Shown: positions 26,914-35,602 of the stretch, in pieces | Position numbering within the stretch: position 1 is the stretch's first letter | Layout of the letters: the number at the start of each line of letters is the position of its first letter | Program-made: the position numbers and the translations under genes | Notes under the pieces: generated by a model | Database searches by the model: none | Told to the model about the DNA's origin: nothing | Seen by the model: only the letters and a program-made list of their open reading frames with translations | NCBI GenBank assembly: GCA_964606225.1 | Contig: CAZSGC010000001.1 | Span: forward strand, 30,649-73,150 | DNA from: an uncultured bacterium | Lineage (GTDB): Bacteria; CAIJMQ01; JAADFP01; CAZSGC01 | Direction: 5' to 3' | DNA: 42,502 bases

Positions 26914-26995
26914 AAGTCTCTAACCCTCCCTTCTTCAGGCTTTTCAGTCTAAAAACCAGGATAAAATGTAGAATTTTTTCCACAAAAGTGTGGTA

Positions 26996-28357
26996 TTAAC
27001 GGAAACTCCTGGGGTCAATATTGAGTTTTCTTAACTTCAGGTAGAAATTCTTTCTATCCATCCCTATCTGGCGGCAGGCTTTAAGGATATTTCCTCTCGT
27101 TTTCTTTAGAACTTCCACTATAAACCTTCTATCAAACTCCTCTAAGGTTTTTCTCTTAGCCTCCCGGTAACTGGAGAGAGAAAGGGAGACTTCTCTTTCT
27201 TCAGGGATGGAGAAGACTCTATCATCCAGATAAGGGGAATCACTCAAAACTATGGCTCTCTCCACCAAGTTTTCCAGTTCTCTAACATTTCCTGGCCAGT
27301 GATAGTTCATTAATTTTTTTAAGGCTGTCTGAGTGAGACCCTTAATTTCTTTCCCCATCTCCTGAGAGTAAATTTTAATAAAATGTTCTACCAGTACCGG
27401 AATATCTTCCTTCCGTTCCCTTAGAGGAGGGAGATAGATGGGAAAGACATTCAACCTGTAGTAGAGGTCTTCCCTAAAACTTCCTTCCTGAGTAGCCTCC
27501 GCCAAATTTCGATTGGTAGCAGCAATTACCCTTACATCCACAGAGTAAGTGGTATTACTTCCCAGAGGCTCAAACTCTCTGGTCTCCAGAAATCTCAGGA
27601 GTTTAGCCTGCAATCCCAAAGAAAGAGAAGAGACCTCATCCAGGAAGATAGTCCCTCCCTCAGCCAGATGAAATTTCCCTTTCTTATCCTTGACTGCTCC
27701 GGTAAAGGCTCCTTTACTGTGCCCAAATAGTTCGCTCTCCAGCAGGTTCTCAGGTATAGCTGCACAGTTAACTACCACATAAGGTCTTTTTCTCCTGGGA
27801 CTTAACATATGAATGGCTCTGGCTACCAGTTCTTTACCTGTTCCAGTCTCCCCTTGAATAAGAACAGTAGTCCTTTCCGGAGCTACTTTCTCTATCAAAC
27901 GAAACACTTTCTTAATAGCCTCAGATTTCCCCACTATGCGGGTTCTACTTTCTCTAAAGAGTTCTTCTCTCAGGAGAAGGTTCTCTGTCTCCAATCGTTT
28001 AATTCTCAGAGCCTTATTTACAATCTCCCCTACTTCTTCCAGATTGAGGGGTTTGGTTATATAATCAAAGGCTCCTTTCTTCATAGCCTTTACCGCAGTC
28101 TCCACAGTAGCGTAAGCGGTAATAAGTATTACCTGGGTGGAGGGATAATTCTCCTTGGTCTTTTCCAGTATGGTAAGCCCATCTACATCCGGCATCTTAA
28201 GGTCGGTAATTACTACATCAAATTCTTCCTTTCCCATCTCCCTTAGAGCCTCTTCTCCGGTAGTGGCAGTCTTTACCCGGTGTCCCTCTTCTTCCAGTTG
28301 AATCTGAAGAAGACGGGTTATCTTGACCTCATCATCAATTACCAGAATTCTTCCCAT
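26996..28357 (-). CDS. Sigma-54-dependent response regulator (NtrC/AtoC family)
   Basis: REC motifs are VIDDE and TDLKMPDVDG. The AAA+ and sigma-54 contact motifs are GETGTGKELVARAIH and GAFTGA. The C-terminal HTH is GNILKACRQIGMDRKNFYLKL. Confidence 0.9.
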   Translation of the reverse strand: MGRILVIDDEVKITRLLQIQLEEEGHRVKTATTGEEALREMGKEEFDVVITDLKMPDVDGLTILEKTKENYPSTQVILITAYATVETAVKAMKKGAFDYITKPLNLEEVGEIVNKALRIKRLETENLLLREELFRESRTRIVGKSEAIKKVFRLIEKVAPERTTVLIQGETGTGKELVARAIHMLSPRRKRPYVVVNCAAIPENLLESELFGHSKGAFTGAVKDKKGKFHLAEGGTIFLDEVSSLSLGLQAKLLRFLETREFEPLGSNTTYSVDVRVIAATNRNLAEATQEGSFREDLYYRLNVFPIYLPPLRERKEDIPVLVEHFIKIYSQEMGKEIKGLTQTALKKLMNYHWPGNVRELENLVERAIVLSDSPYLDDRVFSIPEEREVSLSLSSYREAKRKTLEEFDRRFIVEVLKKTRGNILKACRQIGMDRKNFYLKLRKLNIDPRSFR

Positions 28358-28359
28358 TT

Positions 28360-30033
28360 TTACTCTTGAGGGAAAATTAGATGAAAGGTAGTTCCCTTCC
28401 CTACTTCACTCTCCACCTTTATCTCTCCTCCATGAGCCTCTACAATCTTACTGACAATAGAGAGCCCTAAACCTGTCCCCCCTTCACGGGTGGTAAAGAA
28501 GGGGTCAAAGATTTTGGAGAGCATCTCTTGAGGAATACCTGTCCCCGTATCCCTCAAAATGATATTTACCCTGCCATTAAGAGAGAACAAATCTATCTCA
28601 ATCCTTCCTCCTTCCGGCATAGCCTGAATAGAATTAAGGAGAAGATTAAGAAACATCTGTTGAAACTGTTCAGGGTCTACCTCCACTGGAGAGAGAGGAT
28701 GTTGATAATTTTTTATTATCTGAATACCTCTCTTCTTAAATTCGCCCTGAAGTAGATTAAGTATTTTCTCCATAAGACCTTCTAACTCCACATTTCTTTT
28801 CTTGGGTACAGGGGTCCTGGCATACTGAAGGAAATCGTTAACTACCCGATTAAGTCTCTCCGACTCTTCCACAATGAAAAAGAGAAGTTCTTTCTTCCTC
28901 TCTTCTGTTAAATTTGCCTTTTTCAGCATCTGAGCAGAATTTTTAATAATTCCCAAGGGATTTCTTATTTCATGGGCAATGGTGGCAGCAATCTCTCCTA
29001 AGGTTATGAGTCTTTCACTCTTTCGCAATTCTTCCTCCACTTCCCTCATCTTCTTTAGTTGTTGGGCCATCAAATTAAAAGCCTGAGCCAGCCTACCAAT
29101 CTCGTCCTTTGTTCTTACCGGAATAAACTGGTCCAGATCCCCTTCCGCAATGGCTCGCGCTCCTTTGGTAAACTCTTTAATGGGTCTCACTACCCCTTTA
29201 GCCACCACATACCCTAAAGCAGCTGCTATAAAGAACCATAGAAAAAGGAAAAAGGGAAGGAACCGTTTCCAGACCACGGGGAAGGTATAACTGCGAGGGA
29301 ACCCCAGAATTACCATGCCCAGTATCTTGCCCTCTTCTCCCACCAAAGGCTTAAGATAAAGGGCATATGGTCGTTCTTTCAGAATCCCATAAGGCTCATA
29401 AAAAGATTGATGCTCTAAGAGTACCCTTCTTACTGCTTCCTGGGAGACTCTCACATCCCGAATCCATCTATCAGGAAGAGGGAGAGCACTTTCCTCTCCC
29501 ACTTTTTGATAAATTCTCACCTCCAGCCCCACATTCTGGGAGAGATTATGGGCAAACCTGTCTCCCAGAATATAGCCGGTAATAATTCTTCCCCAGATTT
29601 CTCCTCCCACCTCTACAGGTATTACTGCTCCCGCGATTAGTGTTTTTAAGTCTTCCATCTCTATCCGGATTATCCTTTTACCTTTTATGGGGCTCTTTCC
29701 TCCCATTACCAGTATCACATCCACAGGAAACTCTACCTTGAACTTAGCCAGGAGTGAGGATACCTTCTCCTCATCCTGAGCAATTAAAGCCTCTTTAAAT
29801 CCTGGCTCCTGAAGCAGTATTTTCCCTATAAGGTAGGCTTTTTTCTCCATCTCCACCACTGCATTATCTACCACTTTACCTGCTTGCTCTAACCTTCCCT
29901 CAATTTCCTTCTCCAGACGTACAGAGACCCAACGAGTAGTTATAAGGAAGGAGAGAATAAGGGGAGAAAGGGCTACTATTACAAAGGCTATTATTAGTCT
30001 ATTCTCCAGCCTTAAAGGGAAAATTTTCCTCAC
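28360..30033 (-). CDS. Sensor histidine kinase with a ~230-aa periplasmic domain, HAMP, HisKA and HATPase_c (start revised from 30558)
   Basis: A GTG at 30033 gives VRKIFPLRLENRLIIAFVIVALSPLILSFLI (TM1). The second TM is FLPFFLFLWFFIAAALGYVVA, HAMP is PIKEFTKGARAIAEGDLDQ, and the H-box is AHEIRNPLG. The upstream 175 codons of the tracked ORF are antisense to the cca gene. Confidence 0.85.
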   Translation of the reverse strand: MRKIFPLRLENRLIIAFVIVALSPLILSFLITTRWVSVRLEKEIEGRLEQAGKVVDNAVVEMEKKAYLIGKILLQEPGFKEALIAQDEEKVSSLLAKFKVEFPVDVILVMGGKSPIKGKRIIRIEMEDLKTLIAGAVIPVEVGGEIWGRIITGYILGDRFAHNLSQNVGLEVRIYQKVGEESALPLPDRWIRDVRVSQEAVRRVLLEHQSFYEPYGILKERPYALYLKPLVGEEGKILGMVILGFPRSYTFPVVWKRFLPFFLFLWFFIAAALGYVVAKGVVRPIKEFTKGARAIAEGDLDQFIPVRTKDEIGRLAQAFNLMAQQLKKMREVEEELRKSERLITLGEIAATIAHEIRNPLGIIKNSAQMLKKANLTEERKKELLFFIVEESERLNRVVNDFLQYARTPVPKKRNVELEGLMEKILNLLQGEFKKRGIQIIKNYQHPLSPVEVDPEQFQQMFLNLLLNSIQAMPEGGRIEIDLFSLNGRVNIILRDTGTGIPQEMLSKIFDPFFTTREGGTGLGLSIVSKIVEAHGGEIKVESEVGKGTTFHLIFPQE

Positions 30034-30042
30034 TATGTTGTA

Positions 30043-30051
30043 ATTATACCA
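30043..30051 (-). promoter_or_regulatory. Extended -10 promoter element for the kinase/regulator operon, predicted to be leaderless
   Basis: The minus strand reads TGGTATAAT (TGn plus TATAAT, 30051..30043), 9 nt, then GTG(30033). The -35 region is poor (AAGAAT), which is consistent with extended -10 usage. Confidence 0.5.
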
Positions 30052-30114
30052 CACTCTGAGAGTATATTCTTTCGGTAGAAATTTTCCCCCGATTAAGTTA
30101 AACTCCTTTAGGAA

Positions 30115-31506
30115 ATGAAAGAGGGAGAGATTTTTAAGAAAATTTATGAGATTTTTGGAAAAGAGAAGGTAGAGATCTACTTGGTAGGGGGGGCAGTGAG
30201 AGATACTCTTAGAGGTGAGGAAATAAAGGATATTGATTTTGCCACTCCTGTAGAGCCTCCTCGTATAAAGAAGATACTGAATGGGGCAGGAATAAGGACA
30301 TATCCTGTAGGATGGGAATTTGGGACAGTGGGAGCTGTGATAGGAGGGAAAGAAGTGCATATTACCACCTACCGAAGAAAAGAAAAGTATAAACCAGGGG
30401 ACCGCAAGCCAGAGGTGGAGTTTGGAGGAAGTATTGAGGAAGACCTCAGGAGAAGGGATTTCACCATCAACGCTATGGCTCTTACCCCGGAAGGTAAACT
30501 TATTGACCCCTTTGGAGGGAGGGAAGACCTGGAGAAGGGAATAATACGCACACCTCAAGACCCTGATGATTCTTTTCAGGATGACCCTTTAAGAATGCTT
30601 AGAGCCTTCCGCTTTCAATCTCAACTGGGTTTTAAGATAGAGAAGAACACCTTTGATTCTATCAAAAGAAACGCTTTCCGGGTGATGATTCTTTCCAAAG
30701 AAAGAATACAGATGGAGATGAACAAACTCCTGGTGGGTAAGTTCGTAGAAAAGGCTCTCCTTAATCTTATGAACTCCACCCTTCTCAATTACTTCCTTTA
30801 TGAACTTTATCCCCTCAAAGATCTGCACCAGAGTATCCAGGAACATCATAAAGATGTGTGGAAGCATACTGTAAGAGTGGTAGGTAATACTCCACCGGAG
30901 GAAGTATTGAGATGGGCAGCTCTTCTACACGATATAGCCAAGCCTTATGTGAGAAGTGTAGAGCAGGGAGAGATTCATTTTTATAGGCACGAAGACTTGG
31001 GAGCGGAGATGGCTTTCCATATCCTTACCCGGCTGAAATTTCCTAAGAAAATGGTTAAGGAAGTGGCTTTCTTAGTAGCCAAACACATGAGACCTGCTCT
31101 TTACCGTTCAGAATGGACGGATAGTGCAGTGAGAAGATTCATCAGGGAGATGGGAGAGCGATTGGAAAAAGTCATGACTCTGGCTAAAGCAGATATTACT
31201 TCCTATCGCCCGGAGAGAGTGAGAGAAAGACTCAGGCTACTGGAAGAATTATCTTCCAGAGTTGAAAGACTGCTCTCGGTAAGGGAAGTTACCTGTCCGG
31301 TAAATGGTTTTGAAATTATGGAAAGATTCTCCCTTAGCCCTGGACCTTTGATTGGTAAGATTAAATCTCTCCTCTTGGAAGGGATACTTAACGGAGAATT
31401 ACCTGAGACTTCAGAAGACAAAGAAATTTATTTCCAATTTATAGAAAAGAAACTACCCTCCTTACTTGCTAATGATATCTGTGGAGAGAAGAAGGAACAA
31501 AAGTAA
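30115..31506 (+). CDS. cca: CCA-adding enzyme / tRNA nucleotidyltransferase with an HD domain
   Basis: The Pol-beta nucleotidyltransferase motif is YLVGGAVRDTLRGEEIKDIDFAT, followed by RRDFTINAMA. The HD domain motif is ALLHDIAKP. Confidence 0.85.
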   Translation: MKEGEIFKKIYEIFGKEKVEIYLVGGAVRDTLRGEEIKDIDFATPVEPPRIKKILNGAGIRTYPVGWEFGTVGAVIGGKEVHITTYRRKEKYKPGDRKPEVEFGGSIEEDLRRRDFTINAMALTPEGKLIDPFGGREDLEKGIIRTPQDPDDSFQDDPLRMLRAFRFQSQLGFKIEKNTFDSIKRNAFRVMILSKERIQMEMNKLLVGKFVEKALLNLMNSTLLNYFLYELYPLKDLHQSIQEHHKDVWKHTVRVVGNTPPEEVLRWAALLHDIAKPYVRSVEQGEIHFYRHEDLGAEMAFHILTRLKFPKKMVKEVAFLVAKHMRPALYRSEWTDSAVRRFIREMGERLEKVMTLAKADITSYRPERVRERLRLLEELSSRVERLLSVREVTCPVNGFEIMERFSLSPGPLIGKIKSLLLEGILNGELPETSEDKEIYFQFIEKKLPSLLANDICGEKKEQK

Positions 31507-31518
31507 AAGGAATCTTTG

Positions 31519-31544
31519 CCTCTTCTCAAAATTTAGAGAAGAGG
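31519..31544. terminator. Perfect 9-bp hairpin between the convergent cca and isomerase genes; possible bidirectional terminator
   Basis: The arms are CCTCTTCTC(31519..31527) and GAGAAGAGG(31536..31544), separated by the loop AAAATTTA. No clean U-tract follows on either strand. The right arm and loop overlap the stop of the minus-strand gene. Confidence 0.4.
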
Positions 31545-32351
31545 GGTGAGGATTCTTATAGCCCTCTTAATATCCCTTATCTGCTGAGGACCAGTAATCT
31601 CTCTCTCTATAGTTATGGGACCCTTAAATCCTTTCCTCTTGAGTCTGGGGATAAGAAGTTTAAAGTTCACCCTCCCCTCTCCCAAGGGAACTTCCTTTCC
31701 CAGATATTCGTCTCTATTAGGCCATAATCCATCCTTGGCATGCATCCCTCTCACCCACTCTCCAAAAATCTCTATCGCATCTAAGGGATTAGCCATCCCA
31801 TAAAGAATGAGATTGGCAGGGTCTAAATTTATCCCTACATTCTCCATTCCCAGATCCAGAATGGTTCTCCTTAAAGTGGAAGGTAACTCCTGACCCGTTT
31901 CAAAACAGAAAACCTGCCCGTTTTTAGCACAGTGTTGAATAAATTCTCTCATTACCGGTAAAAAACTTTTATAAATGGGGTCCTCCTCATCATCAGGAAT
32001 AAACCCCACATGGCAAGTAATGGAATTTACCCCCATATCTCTCACCATATTGGAAAATTCTTTTGCCAGTTTTAGTCTCCTCTCCCGATAAGCGGGAGGG
32101 ATAAAACCCATAGTGGAAGGACCATCTTTAAGGTTGAATACCTGTCCTTCAAAGAGAAGAAAGAAAGAGGAAATTTCTACTCCTTCTCTATCCGCACATT
32201 TTCTTATAAACTCGGGGTCAAATTTACCCACCATTCTCTCTGCCACCGCACTTACCTGACATGTAGGTATCCCCAGTCTTCTCACTTTTTCAAAGGCTTG
32301 GGAGGGGTCTCTGCTCAGACTTACAATTAATCCCAGTTTTAATTTAGCCAT
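31533..32351 (-). CDS. Sugar phosphate isomerase/epimerase (xylose-isomerase-like TIM-barrel family)
   Basis: The 272-aa protein shows the typical family pattern (ITCHVGFIP, CFETGQE, GINLDPANL, HAKD, ITIERE). Its substrate is unknown. Confidence 0.7.
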   Translation of the reverse strand: MAKLKLGLIVSLSRDPSQAFEKVRRLGIPTCQVSAVAERMVGKFDPEFIRKCADREGVEISSFFLLFEGQVFNLKDGPSTMGFIPPAYRERRLKLAKEFSNMVRDMGVNSITCHVGFIPDDEEDPIYKSFLPVMREFIQHCAKNGQVFCFETGQELPSTLRRTILDLGMENVGINLDPANLILYGMANPLDAIEIFGEWVRGMHAKDGLWPNRDEYLGKEVPLGEGRVNFKLLIPRLKRKGFKGPITIEREITGPQQIRDIKRAIRILTPLL

Positions 32352-32359
32352 GACCAGAT

Positions 32360-32388
32360 AGCATAATTTAAAAGAGAAAATTTTTCAA
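32360..32388 (-). promoter_or_regulatory. Sigma-70-type promoter for the isomerase gene, predicted to be leaderless
   Basis: The minus strand reads TTGAAA(32388..32383), a 17-nt spacer, TATGCT(32365..32360), 8 nt, then ATG(32351). Confidence 0.55.
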
Positions 32389-32432
32389 GCCTTTGGGGTA
32401 TTACTTATTCCAAACTTCTATCAATCGCTATT

Positions 32433-32461
32433 TTGACAGAACTTTCTATCTTCTGTATTAT
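32433..32461 (+). promoter_or_regulatory. Sigma-70-type promoter for the plus-strand acylphosphatase / MBL / trkH unit
   Basis: The plus strand reads TTGACA(32433..32438), a 17-nt spacer, then TATTAT(32456..32461). An ~80-nt leader ends in GGAGAATC before ATG(32548). Confidence 0.6.
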
Positions 32462-32547
32462 CAAGATGACCGCAGAGAATGACTCAAGTTTAGCAGACCT
32501 TTGAATTGCAAAGAAAAGAGAAATTAAGGTAAAATCTTTGGAGAATC

Positions 32548-32844
32548 ATGGTGGCTAAAGAGAAGAAAGAAAAGGTAAGGGTTCATCTTCTCATCTCTGG
32601 GTTAGTGCAGGGGGTATTTTTTCGTTCTTATATGCAGAGGGAAGCACGAAGTTTGGGTCTTACAGGATGGGTTAAGAATAGAGGGGATGGAAAGGTAGAA
32701 GCAGTGGTGGAAGGGGAAAAGAAAGCCGTGGAGAAAATTATTCAGTGGGCTCATAGAGGTTCTCCCATGTCCAGAGTGGAGAAGGTGGAGGTAAGGTGGG
32801 AAGAGTACTTAGGTGAATACGATACCTTTTTTATAACCTATTAA
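32548..32844 (+). CDS. Acylphosphatase
   Basis: The 98-aa protein carries the signature [45 protein letters not shown]. Confidence 0.85.
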   Translation: MVAKEKKEKVRVHLLISGLVQGVFFRSYMQREARSLGLTGWVKNRGDGKVEAVVEGEKKAVEKIIQWAHRGSPMSRVEKVEVRWEEYLGEYDTFFITY

Positions 32845-32851
32845 TATAATT

Positions 32852-33616
32852 ATGGTCAGCCTAACTTTCCTGGGTACTGGAGGAGCTCGCATAGTTGTTT
32901 TCAAACAAATTCGTGCTTCGGGAGGAGCATGGTTTGACGTGGAAGGGACTCAGTTTCTCTTAGACCCTGGTCCAGGCTCCTTGATAAGGTCACTGGAGAG
33001 GAAACTGAATCCCACCAAACTTTCTGGAATAATCCTTTCCCATCGTCATCTTGACCATTCAGCAGATATAAACACCATGATAGAAGCCATGACGGAAGGA
33101 GGATTTAAGAAAAAAGGTATAGTATTTGCTCCTCGCGATGCTTTAGAAGAGGACCCGGTTATCTTGAAGTATGTGCGGGGATATGTGGAGAGAATAGAGA
33201 TTTTAGAGGAAGGCAAAGAATACTTCCTCGGGAAGGTAAAATTCTCCACACCTTTACGCCATATTCATGGAAATGCTGAGACTTATGGTTTTATCTTTGA
33301 TCTCTCCGGATATAAACTCTCCTGGATAACCGATACTCGCTATTTTGATAAACTGGCTTCCACCTACAAAGCAGAGATTATGATTTTTAACATGGTAAGA
33401 CTTCTTCCCTCTCATCTTGACCATCTATGTAAAGAGGATGTAGAGAAAATTCTTAAAGAAGATAAACCCCGCCTTGGAATTATTACCCACTTTGGGATGA
33501 GTGTGCTTAGAGCAAATCCCTGGAAAGTAGCTAAAGAAATGGAAGAGAATACCGGGGTGAAGGTAATTGTGGCTAAGGATGGAATGGAAATTAAAATGGA
33601 GGAATTACTGGGGTGA
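32852..33616 (+). CDS. MBL-fold metallo-hydrolase
   Basis: The HxHxDH motif is present as HRHLDHSAD. The N-terminus FLGTGGA is also typical. Confidence 0.75.
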   Translation: MVSLTFLGTGGARIVVFKQIRASGGAWFDVEGTQFLLDPGPGSLIRSLERKLNPTKLSGIILSHRHLDHSADINTMIEAMTEGGFKKKGIVFAPRDALEEDPVILKYVRGYVERIEILEEGKEYFLGKVKFSTPLRHIHGNAETYGFIFDLSGYKLSWITDTRYFDKLASTYKAEIMIFNMVRLLPSHLDHLCKEDVEKILKEDKPRLGIITHFGMSVLRANPWKVAKEMEENTGVKVIVAKDGMEIKMEELLG

Positions 33617-35352
33617 AAGGAACCCCATCTTTATATTTTAACCGTTTTCTTTACTTTCTGACTTTTCTCACTTTCACCATCCTGGTAATAGAGTATGGAT
33701 TCTCGCTGGATTCTCTCACTCTCCAAGTTTTTCACTATCTTCAATTATCCTTTGCTCTAATTTTTCTCTTAGAGTTTCTTTTCCTATGGATAAGAGAAGG
33801 ATTAAATCTTAAGACTCTAAGAAACAACCTGGCGGAAACCGCTCTCCTTATCCTTTTGGTGATAATGTTTCTGCTTTACAGCTGGCTAATTAATAGTGGC
33901 AAAATTATAGGATTCCTGGAGAGGACCCATCACTTTACTCCCCAAACAGGCTATCTTATCCCTATACAGATATACCTGAGTTTCAATATTCTCCTTAAAT
34001 TAATCGGAATTCATAAATCCTTAATTTATCTACGATTAAAGCCAAGTCAGTTAGTAATTATCACTTATCTGGCTATCATCATAGTAGGGACCCTGCTTCT
34101 CTCCCTCCCCCGGGCTACCGTAAAGGAGGGAGTAAGTTTCATTAACCGGCTCTTCACTGCCACTTCGGCTACCTGTGTTACTGGACTTACAGTAGTGGAT
34201 ATTTCTAAAGTTTTTTCCACCTTCGGGCAATGCATTATCCTGCTTTTAATCCAGATAGGCGGATTAGGATTGATGACCTTTGTCTCTTTCTTTGCTCTGA
34301 TTCTGGGAAAAGGGATGGGAATGAGAGAAAGAGCGGTTCTTAAGGATGTGCTGGATTACGAGATGATGGGAAGGTTGGGAAGACTTATAATGACAATGCT
34401 CCTTACCACTTTTTTCTTAGAAGCAGTGGGAGCAGGTATCTTAACTCTCTTCTTCCATCATTACCTTGCCAATCCCTTAAAGTCTTTTTACTACGGTATT
34501 TTTCATGCTGTATCCGCCTTCTGTAATGCAGGTTTTTCCCTCTTTACCAATAGTTTTCAGGATTTTCAGGACAAGTTAGGTTTTAATCTCACCATCACCA
34601 CCCTCATCATCCTGGGAGGATTAGGATTTCTGGTAATTCAGGACTTTATGCGTTTTCTTTATAGAAAAATTAAAGGAGAATTTGTGCGTCTTTCCCTCCA
34701 TTCTCGCTTAGTTCTGCTTACCACCCTCTCCCTCCTGGTGGTAGGGACTTTTCTTTTTCTTCTTCTGGAGAAGCGAAACATATTACCTCACCAACCTGGT
34801 AAGGCGCTTCTGGCTTCCTACTTCCAATCCGTTACTGCCAGAACTGCTGGTTTCTCTACGGTGGACATATCCTTGCTTCGGGAACCCACCTATCTCCTTC
34901 TCATCTTTCTCATGTTCATAGGAGCCTCTCCCGGCTCCACGGGGGGAGGAATTAAAACTTCCACCTTTGCTGTGCTTCTATTTACTATAATCTCTTACCT
35001 TCAGGGAAAGGAAAAAGTGGAGATATCTCGTCGAACTCTTTCTTCTTTTTTAGTGCATAAAGTTCTGGCTATTGTCTCCTTTTCTTTAAGTGTAGTCTTC
35101 CTCTCCACTTTTCTTCTGCTCATTACCGAGAAGTTAGCCTTTACTCAGATTCTCTTTGAAGTAATCTCAGCCTTCGGAACCGTGGGACTATCTACAGGAA
35201 TAACCCCTTCTCTTTCTCCCGCGGGGAAATTGATAATTCTGGCTACTATGCTGGTAGGAAGGATAGGTCCTCTCACTCTTGCTTTAGCCTTGGGTCCCCG
35301 AACTAAAAAGGTAAAATATACTTATCCGGAAGAGAAGGTAATTGTTGGATGA
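33613..35352 (+). CDS. TrkH/KtrB-family K+ transporter with an N-terminal ~140-aa, 4-TM extension
   Basis: Four pore-loop glycine motifs are present: SATCVTGL, CNAGFS, ARTAGFS and FGTVGLS. The GTG start overlaps the MBL stop (GTGA). Confidence 0.85.
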   Translation: MKGTPSLYFNRFLYFLTFLTFTILVIEYGFSLDSLTLQVFHYLQLSFALIFLLEFLFLWIREGLNLKTLRNNLAETALLILLVIMFLLYSWLINSGKIIGFLERTHHFTPQTGYLIPIQIYLSFNILLKLIGIHKSLIYLRLKPSQLVIITYLAIIIVGTLLLSLPRATVKEGVSFINRLFTATSATCVTGLTVVDISKVFSTFGQCIILLLIQIGGLGLMTFVSFFALILGKGMGMRERAVLKDVLDYEMMGRLGRLIMTMLLTTFFLEAVGAGILTLFFHHYLANPLKSFYYGIFHAVSAFCNAGFSLFTNSFQDFQDKLGFNLTITTLIILGGLGFLVIQDFMRFLYRKIKGEFVRLSLHSRLVLLTTLSLLVVGTFLFLLLEKRNILPHQPGKALLASYFQSVTARTAGFSTVDISLLREPTYLLLIFLMFIGASPGSTGGGIKTSTFAVLLFTIISYLQGKEKVEISRRTLSSFLVHKVLAIVSFSLSVVFLSTFLLLITEKLAFTQILFEVISAFGTVGLSTGITPSLSPAGKLIILATMLVGRIGPLTLALALGPRTKKVKYTYPEEKVIVG

Positions 35353-35540
35353 GGCTTAAAGGAAAGTTACGGTAATGGAAGGGAATCAGCCGGATTGGAA
35401 ATAGGTTTAAGAAAGAGGCTGATGAATTAAGGAGCAAAAGTGATAAAATGGGAGGAGGCAATACTTTGAAAGAATCTATTCCCTTTATGAAGAAGAGAGG
35501 AAAGGGAAAGATTACCTTCCCCTTGACTTCCATGGCTATT

Positions 35541-35565
35541 GGACGGTTACGGAACCGGTCCTTTT
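35541..35565 (+). terminator. Terminator-like hairpin with a T-run in the trkH / M42 spacer
   Basis: The sequence GGACGGTT-ACGG-AACCGGTCC forms a 4+4-bp stem with one bulged G, followed by TTTTGGG. It lies about 190 nt downstream of the trkH stop. Confidence 0.3.
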
Positions 35566-35602
35566 GGGATTAATGTAAATGGGCTTAGTTTAGGAGGGAA
35601 AG

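Noticed and set aside
26885-26983. A 33-codon N-terminal extension of lpxD (MEKILHFILVFRLKSLKKGGLETLAYKLQKQNL).
   Set aside because: LpxD homology begins at the internal Met (26884). The extension contains the sigma-54 promoter match and has no counterpart in canonical LpxD.
27015-27024. A perfect 10-bp palindrome, TCAATATTGA, lies about 130 nt upstream of the predicted lpxD sigma-54 start site. It was considered as a possible enhancer-binding-protein site.
   Set aside because: It is AT-rich and short, and palindromes of this length are expected many times by chance in the window. It lies inside the regulator's coding sequence, and there is no second copy.
30034-30558. A 175-codon N-terminal extension of the histidine kinase ORF (tracked as 28360..30558).
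   Set aside because: The extension is antisense to the well-supported cca gene (30115..31506). It is Cys/Ser/Pro/Tyr-rich with no features. The TM1-containing kinase starts naturally at GTG 30033, right after an extended -10 box.
32466-32504. A 12-codon ORF (MTAENDSSLADL) starting 4 nt after the TATTAT -10 box upstream of the acylphosphatase gene. It was considered as a leaderless leader peptide.
   Set aside because: A 4-nt gap is too short for the ATG to be included in a transcript initiated from this -10 box. The peptide has no features and conservation cannot be checked here.
35303-35533. A 76-aa minus-strand ORF in the trkH/M42 spacer. The 85-aa, 162-aa and 67-aa minus-strand ORFs at 35590..36274 are similar.
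   Set aside because: They translate the pyrimidine-rich strand into F/L/P/S-rich sequence, and they overlap the trkH 3' end or the M42 gene. They have no SD and no motifs.
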